Made by a program: the position numbers and the translations under genes. Shown here in pieces: positions 46,658-54,409 of a stretch of DNA of 64,000 bases. Under the pieces are notes generated by a model that was not told where the DNA came from, did no database searches, and saw nothing but the letters and a program-made list of their open reading frames with translations. Positions within the stretch are counted from its first letter, which is position 1; every line of letters starts with the position of its first letter. Source of the DNA: a virus; the IMG/VR virus record IMGVR_UViG_3300045972_000132, positions 35,408 to 99,407 of that record; one strand, 5' to 3'.

Positions 46658-46972
46658 ATGGAAAAAGACTTAAGCGGGTTTGAAGCTCATTGCGAAGAGT
46701 GTCACCTCGCAATGAAACTAGCCGAAGAAGACTACGACTACAAAGAATGTGGCATACCTAACATAGTATTAAAAAACGTAGTCACTAGAACCTGCAAGGA
46801 CTGCCATAGAGTTGAGTACATATTCGATGCAGAGGAGGCAGATAAGAACATTGCCTCCTACATTGTAGAGAAAGAAGAAAAGTTGTCGTTCGAAGAGACT
46901 AGATTCCTGTTTAATTTTGCGATTGCCAGAATGGAAGGACACCAGTATTTCGGTGTAGATGCGGAGGCATAA
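46658..46972 (+). CDS. YgiT/MqsA-type zinc-finger antitoxin-like protein (orphan, HTH truncated)
   Basis: CEEC...YDYKECGIPNIVLKNV....CKDC...I....LSFEETRFL; SD ggaggt. Confidence 0.7.
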   Translation: MEKDLSGFEAHCEECHLAMKLAEEDYDYKECGIPNIVLKNVVTRTCKDCHRVEYIFDAEEADKNIASYIVEKEEKLSFEETRFLFNFAIARMEGHQYFGVDAEA

Positions 46973-47311
46973 GTGGCTAAATTCCTATGTGTTTGCCAAG
47001 GTGCTGTTTGCAGAAGCGTCGGCATGGCACTTGCCTTAAAGAATAAAGGACAAGATGCTATTGCCATTTCTCTTCTATGGAACTCCAAGGAAACATTTGA
47101 GTTGCTTAGTAACTGGGCAGACTATATAGTGCTGATGGAGCAACGCTTTAGGTTCATGGTTCCAGCCCCGCTTTTGACTGCTGCCGCGCTAGATAAAACC
47201 AGAGTGGTTGATGTTGGACCTGACACCTACAGTGATGCTCAAGATGACGATCTCCAATTACAAGTAAAGCGAGTGGCGGCAGAATGGCAACTAAAAAACT
47301 GGAAAATCTAG
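46973..47311 (+). CDS. Low-molecular-weight protein tyrosine phosphatase-like protein
   Basis: P-loop LCVCQGAVCRS, WADYIVLME, DVGPD. Confidence 0.8.
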   Translation: MAKFLCVCQGAVCRSVGMALALKNKGQDAIAISLLWNSKETFELLSNWADYIVLMEQRFRFMVPAPLLTAAALDKTRVVDVGPDTYSDAQDDDLQLQVKRVAAEWQLKNWKI

Positions 47312-47634
47312 AAAACCCCAAGTCTCCGGAGGAACTCAAGATTGATACACTTGAGTCCCAAGTAGAAGAACTCAAGACCAAACTATCACAGTCCGATGCC
47401 AAGCTAGCTGCGCTGGAAATAGCCAACAAGGCTATCTGGGCAACACTGAGTGACGAAGCTAAGACATCCTTGGTTGAATTCAAGCCAACCAATGCAGTGG
47501 CCTCTAGAGTACTTTCAGAACTAGAGTGGCTAAGACGCAAGGTTAAACCTGAAGATCCAAAGGGTGCTGCATCTACACTAAATAGTAAAATCCTTAAGAT
47601 CTCGGCACTTAAGGCAAAGTTAGCTGCGAAGTAA
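47284..47634 (+). CDS. Coiled-coil hypothetical protein
   Basis: Heptad pattern; followed by a terminator. Confidence 0.6.
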   Translation: MATKKLENLENPKSPEELKIDTLESQVEELKTKLSQSDAKLAALEIANKAIWATLSDEAKTSLVEFKPTNAVASRVLSELEWLRRKVKPEDPKGAASTLNSKILKISALKAKLAAK

Positions 47635-47658
47635 AAGCCTCCCCAGCGGAGGCTTTTT
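47633..47658 (+). terminator. Intrinsic terminator
   Basis: AAAAGCCTCC-ccagc-GGAGGCTTTTT. Confidence 0.85.
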
Positions 47659-47752
47659 CATTTAATGCGATTAGCATACTTAAGCTAAAAAACAAAGCCC
47701 TCTTCAATTATTGTCGCAACTAGCGCATAGTTAAATTGAGGCTAGTTCGCAC

Positions 47753-47986
47753 ATGCGTATTTTAGTAAAAACCTTCTCTAGAGACCGCGCCAGGATAGGC
47801 ATCGATTGCGCCTGCGGAATAAGCTTATTCCATCAGATTAAAAATGGGCAGAATGTAGAGTGTCCTGCTTGTGGTGCCTTGGAAGATATCAGTACCTTGC
47901 TGTCTCAACTACTAAAAACAAAATCATATGAAACTGTTCTCAAGGAGGTAGAACAGAGGTCTGATCTATTGTCTAAAGAAGAATAA
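47753..47986 (+). CDS. Small zinc-ribbon protein
   Basis: CAC...CPAC. Confidence 0.55.
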   Translation: MRILVKTFSRDRARIGIDCACGISLFHQIKNGQNVECPACGALEDISTLLSQLLKTKSYETVLKEVEQRSDLLSKEE

Positions 47987-48009
47987 GAATCAATGCTTAG
48001 GAGGTCCAT

Positions 48010-48300
48010 ATGAAGAATGAAAAAACTACACCCCTTGACTCACTACGAAGCCTACCGCACAAACTATGCTTGAAATTGTACCAAGAGGGTGTCACTACCG
48101 TAGAAGATTTATTGGAGTACTTCATAAATAGAGACAAAAGAAGTATAATCTTGGAATTCCTTTCATTGAAACCTAAAGAGGTAGCGGTAATTGAGTATGA
48201 GTCAAGGATGCTGATGCCCGCCTACTTGGCTAAAATAGAGAAAGCACGGAGAATAAAGAATGATAACTGGGCCGGGGTGGGCGACTCCCTATATAGCTAA
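48010..48300 (+). CDS. Helix-hairpin-helix-like protein
   Basis: L..L..LP.....KL...GV.TVEDLL; SD aggagg. Confidence 0.5.
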   Translation: MKNEKTTPLDSLRSLPHKLCLKLYQEGVTTVEDLLEYFINRDKRSIILEFLSLKPKEVAVIEYESRMLMPAYLAKIEKARRIKNDNWAGVGDSLYS

Positions 48301-48622
48301 ATTAAAGCAGGATGGGAAGGTCCAGCTTAAGGTTTACGGGACGGCCATGATCCCCCTGTTGGCACCGGGGGATCAAGTCATACTGAGGATCATCACTAAT
48401 AACGAGGTTTATCCCGGCGATATCGTACTCTGTAGAGTCAATGGTCGGGATTATCTACATAAGATAGCCAGTGTCCGTCTGGATAGGTATCAGATAGCTG
48501 ATAATAAAGATTTTATAAAAGGCTGGGTAACCCTTAGCGGTATATTTGGAAAGTGTGTTAAGATAATAAAACGTGAACCTGCCCCCGCCAAGCCAAAACA
48601 ACCAGGAACTTCAACCAAGTAG
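48260..48622 (+). CDS. S24/S26 peptidase-like protein, probably inactive
   Basis: V.GTAMIPLL..GD.V, GDIVL, LHKI, DN; Ala at the usual catalytic Ser position. Confidence 0.65.
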   Translation: MITGPGWATPYIAKLKQDGKVQLKVYGTAMIPLLAPGDQVILRIITNNEVYPGDIVLCRVNGRDYLHKIASVRLDRYQIADNKDFIKGWVTLSGIFGKCVKIIKREPAPAKPKQPGTSTK

Positions 48623-48693
48623 TGGCTTGTCAAGGAAGATGTTATAAGGTAGAATTTTCACATATTCTCTTTCCCCACAGGAGTTGCCAATTT

Positions 48694-49248
48694 ATGAGCA
48701 ATGAAAAAGTAGCAGGACTTGATCAAGTAAGTGGTGGCCTCCAAATGGGTGCCCAGATTAACGACGATTCTTTCTTCCCTCCCGCATTCAAAGCTGACTT
48801 CCAATGCATTGGTGCTGACGGGCAAGTTCGTTGGGAAGCACCTTGGCAGAACGCCGTAGTTAACCAAGCCAAAGTAGACCTTATCAACAACTACCTTGGT
48901 CGCACCAACGTAGCTCACAACTCTTGGTATGTTGGTCTTCACTCCCTAGCCGCCACTAACGTTACCCACTCTCTATCCCACATTACGGGTTCTGAGATCG
49001 GTGGATACTCCGCTAACCGTGCATCATTTACGGTTTCCAACACCTACACCACCAACTCCGCTACCTTCTCTGTAAGCTACGGCTTCACTGGTGCAGGTCC
49101 CTACACTGTCTCAGGCGCATTTATTGGCGACGTAGCTGCTACCGGAGGCACCAACGGTCTTCTTTACTCAGAAGGCAACTTCGGTGCTTCACGCCAGATT
49201 CTGAACTTAGATACGTTAAATGTCACTATCACGCTTTCCTATGCCTAG
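48694..49248 (+). CDS. Putative virion structural protein
   Basis: WE....NAVVNQ, WYVGL, EI.GY..NR, DTLNVT; SD aggag; biased codon usage. Confidence 0.65.
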   Translation: MSNEKVAGLDQVSGGLQMGAQINDDSFFPPAFKADFQCIGADGQVRWEAPWQNAVVNQAKVDLINNYLGRTNVAHNSWYVGLHSLAATNVTHSLSHITGSEIGGYSANRASFTVSNTYTTNSATFSVSYGFTGAGPYTVSGAFIGDVAATGGTNGLLYSEGNFGASRQILNLDTLNVTITLSYA

Positions 49249-49272
49249 CATTCGCTTAACCTAGGTTAAGCC

Positions 49273-49305
49273 ACCCTGTGTACCTCTTGGTACACAGGGT
49301 TTTTT
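49273..49305 (+). terminator. Intrinsic terminator
   Basis: ACCCTGTGTACC-tctt-GGTACACAGGGT followed by a T-run. Confidence 0.85.
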
Positions 49306-49316
49306 ATTGCTTAAAA

Positions 49317-49344
49317 TTGACTTTCAAGGCGAATGTGATATCCT
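49317..49344 (+). promoter_or_regulatory. Promoter of the HNH gene
   Basis: TTGACT-16nt-TATCCT with extended TG, then SD aggag. Confidence 0.6.
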
Positions 49345-49365
49345 AACGTAATAGGAGACACATAC

Positions 49366-50001
49366 ATGAGCAACGAGAAAATAGTTTCACACGAAATCAA
49401 GTTACAAATAAAAGCTGAATACGAGGCGGGAGAAGTATTGAAAAGTGTAGCCAAAAAGCATGGGCTATCTCCGCAAACGTGCGTAAAGATAATCTATTCT
49501 CTAGGTGGAAAAGTAAAAGAGAGGAAAGGATTCTCTTCCGACACTGAATTAATCCTTAGCCTTGCAGAAGACTATAAGGCGGGAAAGTCCATCTTAGATA
49601 TAATTACAGATAGAAAACTAACTGTAGATAGATCTACGTTGCTAGGTGCCTTTCACAAGCACCAGATTCCGATGCGGGAATCTGGAAAGAGAAGATCAGT
49701 AAAAAACTATGTAGATAGCAACGGCTACTCACTTATTCGTATTAGAAATACCGATCCTATGTGGTCCATGGCCCGCGTAGATTCCTCCCATAAGAATCCC
49801 ACTTCAGGCACCGTCCTAGAACACAGATATATTCTAGCCAACAAACTTGGTCGTCCGATGGAGGAACACGAAACAGTTCATCACAAGAATGGGAATCGTC
49901 TAGATAACCATCCGGACAATTTAGAATTACGAGTAGGGCAACACGGGAAGGGTGCCACGGAGGCGCATTGCAAAACCTGTAGCTGTTTTAGCCACCAGTA
50001 G
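49366..50001 (+). CDS. HNH homing endonuclease with HTH repeats
   Basis: NGY..I, VLEHR.....LGR.....E.VHHKNGNRLDN..DNLEL. Confidence 0.9.
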   Translation: MSNEKIVSHEIKLQIKAEYEAGEVLKSVAKKHGLSPQTCVKIIYSLGGKVKERKGFSSDTELILSLAEDYKAGKSILDIITDRKLTVDRSTLLGAFHKHQIPMRESGKRRSVKNYVDSNGYSLIRIRNTDPMWSMARVDSSHKNPTSGTVLEHRYILANKLGRPMEEHETVHHKNGNRLDNHPDNLELRVGQHGKGATEAHCKTCSCFSHQ

Positions 50002-50130
50002 GTACAATCCCTACCTAGTCAGTCTCGCCACACCATGTTAAAGTTGCTCCTAGCGTCCCGAATTTAGGACGCTTTGTCGGATCTAATGTACTCTAAGTAA
50101 GAACCGTTAGATACTAAAAGGAGCTACCGC

Positions 50131-50706
50131 ATGAGACCTGAAGACGAAGATACAGATCCCGGCTTTAAAGCCCCAAGGGTAAAGAGCCACGCTTCCCTAA
50201 AAATAGAGCTTGATGCAAACGATGAAGAGGAAGCACCTCCCCGCCCTAGAAGTAATCCATCCCTAAGGGCCTTAGAGGAAGAGGAAGAGGGTAGGTTTAA
50301 GCCAAAGAGCAATTCCGAGATAAAGACCCCCGTGGCCCGCCCTAGAACAACGGGTCGTAGAGAGATGGATCATATTCACCAAAAGGGCTGGTGGGTACTA
50401 GTGATTGGAGTTCTCATGCAGGGTGGATTTATGACCATGGCTTGGAAACTAATGTCTACCAATGCCGAACAGGTCAAAGACGAACGTGAGGCCTCTCAGA
50501 AGCAGTCAGACGCTTATCGTCTTCAACTGGCCGTTCAACACAGAGAATTAGTAGATGTTGTTAGAGAGCTTGCTATATCCAATAAGGAAGTAGCCAAGGC
50601 ATCCCATGAGGGTCTGGAAGAACTACATAAGGGACAAGACGAAATTGAAAAAATGAAGAGAAGCTTAGAGCTTGAAAGAGCTAAACTGTTGAAAAAAGGA
50701 AAATAA
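50131..50706 (+). CDS. Single-transmembrane coiled-coil protein
   Basis: Central segment WWVLVIGVLMQGGFMTMAW; SD aaggag. Confidence 0.6.
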   Translation: MRPEDEDTDPGFKAPRVKSHASLKIELDANDEEEAPPRPRSNPSLRALEEEEEGRFKPKSNSEIKTPVARPRTTGRREMDHIHQKGWWVLVIGVLMQGGFMTMAWKLMSTNAEQVKDEREASQKQSDAYRLQLAVQHRELVDVVRELAISNKEVAKASHEGLEELHKGQDEIEKMKRSLELERAKLLKKGK

Positions 50707-50707
50707 A

Positions 50708-51205
50708 ATGAATTTACACCTGTTTCAACATTTAAATAGTATTCTGAAATCTATGATCTATGCTGGACCTATCCCCGCCGCTTCCAGCATAGCTGGAATA
50801 ACAATCCTAAGCACTTCCTTATTTGCGGACAGCACCAGAATGGATATCTTGTTGGCAATTGGCGTGTTTCTACTGATCCTATCATTCGTTGAGTGGGCGC
50901 TAGCTAGAAGATTCTCTACCCATGAAGAGGCTGAAAAAAAACAATCTGAAGCGGTCCTTAAGGCGCAACACGATACCTATCGGACTATCTTAACCGCTTC
51001 TTTGGAGCCGCTTCGTAATGAAATGAACAGACTTGTTATGGTATTCGACGGTAATCAAGCCGCCTTCGACCAATACAGTCGTGAATTCAAAAGTCTAAAG
51101 GCATCTATCGACAATATCCAAGCTAGTCTAGATTCACTACACTCTCAGAAGCTAGAGGAGCGAGTAGCAAGAATTGAAAAAATCCTCAGGGACAAGGCTC
51201 TATAG
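50708..51205 (+). CDS. Membrane protein with coiled coil (holin/spanin-like)
   Basis: Two hydrophobic segments and C-terminal LEERVARIE. Confidence 0.55.
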   Translation: MNLHLFQHLNSILKSMIYAGPIPAASSIAGITILSTSLFADSTRMDILLAIGVFLLILSFVEWALARRFSTHEEAEKKQSEAVLKAQHDTYRTILTASLEPLRNEMNRLVMVFDGNQAAFDQYSREFKSLKASIDNIQASLDSLHSQKLEERVARIEKILRDKAL

Positions 51206-51234
51206 GTGTGATATTATTCCCCTAGAGGTTAACA

Positions 51235-52185
51235 ATGCCTATTTCACATTTTAAAACTCTAACCATGGGTGACACTACGGATACGTCCGTGGTTCGCCCG
51301 TCTGATTGGAATTCTAGCCACGTAATGCAGTATAATCTTTTGGGAAACACAGCAGGAACCTCCCAAGTATCCGGTGGTGATATTCAATGGGCAGGCGGTC
51401 AAGATATCCAGTTAAGTGCTAACGGATCTACTATTAGCATCAACAAGATTAGGGATTATCTGTATTCATATGAGCCAACCCCACTGAACGGTCTAAGCAC
51501 TGCCTCACAGTCGGTAGCCAACAACTCCTCCGCCAATGTCGCTTATTTCTTTCCTTTTAACGTAGGTGAAGATATTACTTTTGGCGCTATGAACATGATC
51601 TTCTCTAACAGTTACGTTACAAGCTCTGCGGCATTTACACAGAACGGCGGCCTGTGGGCGGGCCTATACACAAGAGGCACCGGGGCCAGCTCAACCTACA
51701 TATCACAGTTTGAATCTCTTAGCTTCTCTTGGGCTGTTACTGGAAGCAGCTTAAGCAATACCGTTAGCCAGCCAACTTCTACAAACTACGCCGGATATAC
51801 TTACGGAACCCAATCTAGCAACGCCGCAGCCTTTTCTTCCCAATATACTGGCCTTAAGCTGATAGCCTTCCCTTACTCCACAAGTATGTCCCCCGGTGTT
51901 TACTGGCTGGGACTTCTCGGGACAAATAAAACCACTGGTGCGGCGGGTGGAATTTCATTGCACGTTGTTGGTGGGGTTGCATCTGGCGCAATTAGCATTG
52001 CTCCTATGGGTTCGCTTTCATCAGCTTTCTCAATTGGTACAAACCCTTGGGCCGATTGGAATATCGGTGCTGGAAGTTACTCTAGCGTAGGAAATTTTAC
52101 ATCCTTGCCTGCCAGCGCACCTTTATCAGGCATCACCGAAGGCGCAGTCAGCGTAATTCCTTACATGAAATTCTGGAGCACCTAA
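51235..52185 (+). CDS. Putative virion fibre/structural protein
   Basis: S/T/G-rich beta sequence; N-terminal V.PSDWN..H; PGVYWLG. Confidence 0.6.
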   Translation: MPISHFKTLTMGDTTDTSVVRPSDWNSSHVMQYNLLGNTAGTSQVSGGDIQWAGGQDIQLSANGSTISINKIRDYLYSYEPTPLNGLSTASQSVANNSSANVAYFFPFNVGEDITFGAMNMIFSNSYVTSSAAFTQNGGLWAGLYTRGTGASSTYISQFESLSFSWAVTGSSLSNTVSQPTSTNYAGYTYGTQSSNAAAFSSQYTGLKLIAFPYSTSMSPGVYWLGLLGTNKTTGAAGGISLHVVGGVASGAISIAPMGSLSSAFSIGTNPWADWNIGAGSYSSVGNFTSLPASAPLSGITEGAVSVIPYMKFWST

Positions 52186-52188
52186 GTC

Positions 52189-52416
52189 ATGATCACTATT
52201 GACCTTAACCTGTGGTGTATGTCAGATGGATGTGGCGTCAGCGCCCCCTTACGTGTGAGGCTTCTAGACTCCTTTGGAGACTTGGACTTAACTGGCGTTA
52301 CCCCGAGTGAAGGCCCTTGGAGCAAGGAGTCGATGACAGTGCCATCAGGTTGGAAAATAGTAGATGCAACTGGTTTAGTTAAGTTATATGCTTTATGTCC
52401 AGCCCACTCATCCTAA
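52189..52416 (+). CDS. Hypothetical protein
   Basis: C...GC...P.GW...CP.H. Confidence 0.5.
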   Translation: MITIDLNLWCMSDGCGVSAPLRVRLLDSFGDLDLTGVTPSEGPWSKESMTVPSGWKIVDATGLVKLYALCPAHSS

Positions 52417-52503
52417 AGCTGCACTGATTTATAGTATATCAGACTTGAATTTGTACACCGGCTCTGTTAGTATCTTCAAGGCTTAACCACCTTGAAAGGG
52501 CCA

Positions 52504-53286
52504 ATGTCCGAAAATAAAATTCCACTGGAAACTATTCAGGTTCCAGTTGAAGCGCAAGTAGATGTTCTAGTTACCCCACATGATGCCGGTAGACACAATC
52601 AGGATCTTGAAAACTCCAGATTAAGAGTCATCCGAGGCGGTAGCTGGAAGAAACAAGATATCATCGTCCTAGTTCCTGCCGCCTCCATGGTACCTACAAA
52701 GGTTGCCATGTCGTGGTGGAATCTTATCTTCCCTCCCAACAATGGTGTAATCAAGATTGCCATTGAAGGGGCCGAGGTAGGCAAGGCATACAGCGAAGCA
52801 ATAGAGAACATAATAAATCACCCACAATTATCCAAGTTCAAATACATCCTCACGCTTGAGCACGATAATATTCCACCTCCAGGCGGTGTTCTGAGATTAC
52901 TGGAATCAATGGAAGCACATCCGGAATTCTCAGTTATTTCCGGACTTTACTGGACTAAGGGTGAGGGGGGACAGCCTCAGATCTGGGGCGATGCCAAGGA
53001 TATCGTGAAGAATTATCGTCCTCAGCCTCCTGCCCACCCTAGTGATCCAAACCAACTAGTCGAATGCTGGGGCACCGGAATGGGATTTGTTCTCTGGAGG
53101 CTCGATATGTTTAAGGATTCAAGGCTTCGTCGCCCTTGGTTCAAGACTGTTTGTGATCCAAACGCAGGGGTAGGCACACAGGATCTTTACTTCGCAGATG
53201 ATGCGAAGAAGAATGGTTACAGATTTGCCGTCGATTGCAAATGTTTGGTTGGACATCACGATCACGGTAGTGGCATCACTTGGTAG
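52504..53286 (+). CDS. GT-A fold (family 2-like) glycosyltransferase
   Basis: IIVLVP, YILTLEHD (DXD-like), VISGLY, GTGMGFVL, QDLYF...AKK.G.RF.VD....VGH; upstream promoter TTGAAT-17-TAGTAT. Confidence 0.7.
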   Translation: MSENKIPLETIQVPVEAQVDVLVTPHDAGRHNQDLENSRLRVIRGGSWKKQDIIVLVPAASMVPTKVAMSWWNLIFPPNNGVIKIAIEGAEVGKAYSEAIENIINHPQLSKFKYILTLEHDNIPPPGGVLRLLESMEAHPEFSVISGLYWTKGEGGQPQIWGDAKDIVKNYRPQPPAHPSDPNQLVECWGTGMGFVLWRLDMFKDSRLRRPWFKTVCDPNAGVGTQDLYFADDAKKNGYRFAVDCKCLVGHHDHGSGITW

Positions 53287-53319
53287 TCAGATAACTTTAA
53301 TTGAAAGGAACAAATACTA

Positions 53320-54063
53320 ATGTCTAACGAGAATGATCTAAAACAGATGATTGAGCTTAATAAGGTTTTACTTGCGGAAGTAGAAGCTCTGCGATCCAAG
53401 GTAGTTGCCGCAGGAGTTCCCGATTTCAAGCAACCCCAAAAGAATCCTGATGGGAGTCTAAAACCCCTTAAGCTAGATCTAGGGTGCGGTAATGACGCCC
53501 GCCGGAATCAAGAAACTGGCTTCATTGGAGTAGATATCGAAGCTCGTCCCGGTGTAGATGTTGTTTGGGATCTCACCAAGGCTCCATGGCCTTGGGCGGA
53601 TAACTCAGTAGATGAAGTGTTTGCATCCCATTTAGTTGAGCACCTTCCCGGCATGGATCATGAGCTTGAAATCGTAAATGGCAAGATCGTCAAGAAGACT
53701 ATTTACCCCAGAGCAGTCTTCTTCAATGAAATGTGGCGCGTTATGAAAGAAGACGCTAAGGCGATGATTGCAACTCCTCACTGGGCATCCAATCGGGCCT
53801 ATGGGGACGTTAGCCACGTATGGCCTCCCGTTAGTGAAATATTCTGGTATAGCTTAATGCCGGGATGGCGCAAGGTTAATCAGGTACATCTTGCTAATGT
53901 TTATACCTGTGACTTCCTCCCCTCGGTCGGTTATGCTCCCGGCCCTGAATTAACCGGTAGAAATCCAGAGTTCTGCAAGTTCGCCCTCGCTAACTATAAG
54001 GAAGCTGCCGCAGACATGTTAACGACGCTAGTGGCAAAGAATAAGAATCCTCCCAAGACCTAA
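53320..54063 (+). CDS. Class I SAM-dependent methyltransferase
   Basis: KLDLGCG, GVD, DVVWDL...PWPWADNSVDEV.ASHLVEHL, EMWRVMK..A..I.TPH. Confidence 0.85.
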   Translation: MSNENDLKQMIELNKVLLAEVEALRSKVVAAGVPDFKQPQKNPDGSLKPLKLDLGCGNDARRNQETGFIGVDIEARPGVDVVWDLTKAPWPWADNSVDEVFASHLVEHLPGMDHELEIVNGKIVKKTIYPRAVFFNEMWRVMKEDAKAMIATPHWASNRAYGDVSHVWPPVSEIFWYSLMPGWRKVNQVHLANVYTCDFLPSVGYAPGPELTGRNPEFCKFALANYKEAAADMLTTLVAKNKNPPKT

Positions 54064-54088
54064 ATAACGCTCTAAATAGGTTGCCATG

Positions 54089-54129
54089 ACCCCCGCTTGA
54101 GGCTAGAATAGGCCCTAAGCGGGGTTTTT
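54089..54129 (+). terminator. Probable terminator overlapping a promoter-like sequence
   Basis: CCCCGCTT...AAGCGGGG followed by a T-run; TTGCCA-17-TAGAAT overlaps it. Confidence 0.5.
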
Positions 54130-54134
54130 CATTT

Positions 54135-54407
54135 ATGGAATGCGCGTGCAGCCTAATAAGCGGTGCTTCTATGGTCGAGACCGTTATGGTCTCCGATGGG
54201 GAACCTATTGTTAAAAGCACGATCAAAGTGTTTATCCCGGTGGTTTACGTTTTCAAAAAGATTGAACTACCTAGAATTGTTACCAAGAGAGTTCACGCTA
54301 ATTTAAAAACAGGACCACCCCTAGTGATTCAAAATCTAGACTCTAACGGGACTCGTGTATCCAAAGTGGACTACACGGGTCTTTTTATTTCCAAAGGTAG
54401 GGTCTAG
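54135..54407 (+). CDS. Hypothetical protein
   Basis: Fills the gap before the giant gene. Confidence 0.4.
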   Translation: MECACSLISGASMVETVMVSDGEPIVKSTIKVFIPVVYVFKKIELPRIVTKRVHANLKTGPPLVIQNLDSNGTRVSKVDYTGLFISKGRV

Positions 54408-54409
54408 CG

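Noticed and set aside
49200-50130. Third tail-duplication around the HNH gene at 49366
   Set aside because: No copy of the upstream gene's C-terminus (DTLNVTITLSYA) was found downstream; this gene has its own promoter after a terminator
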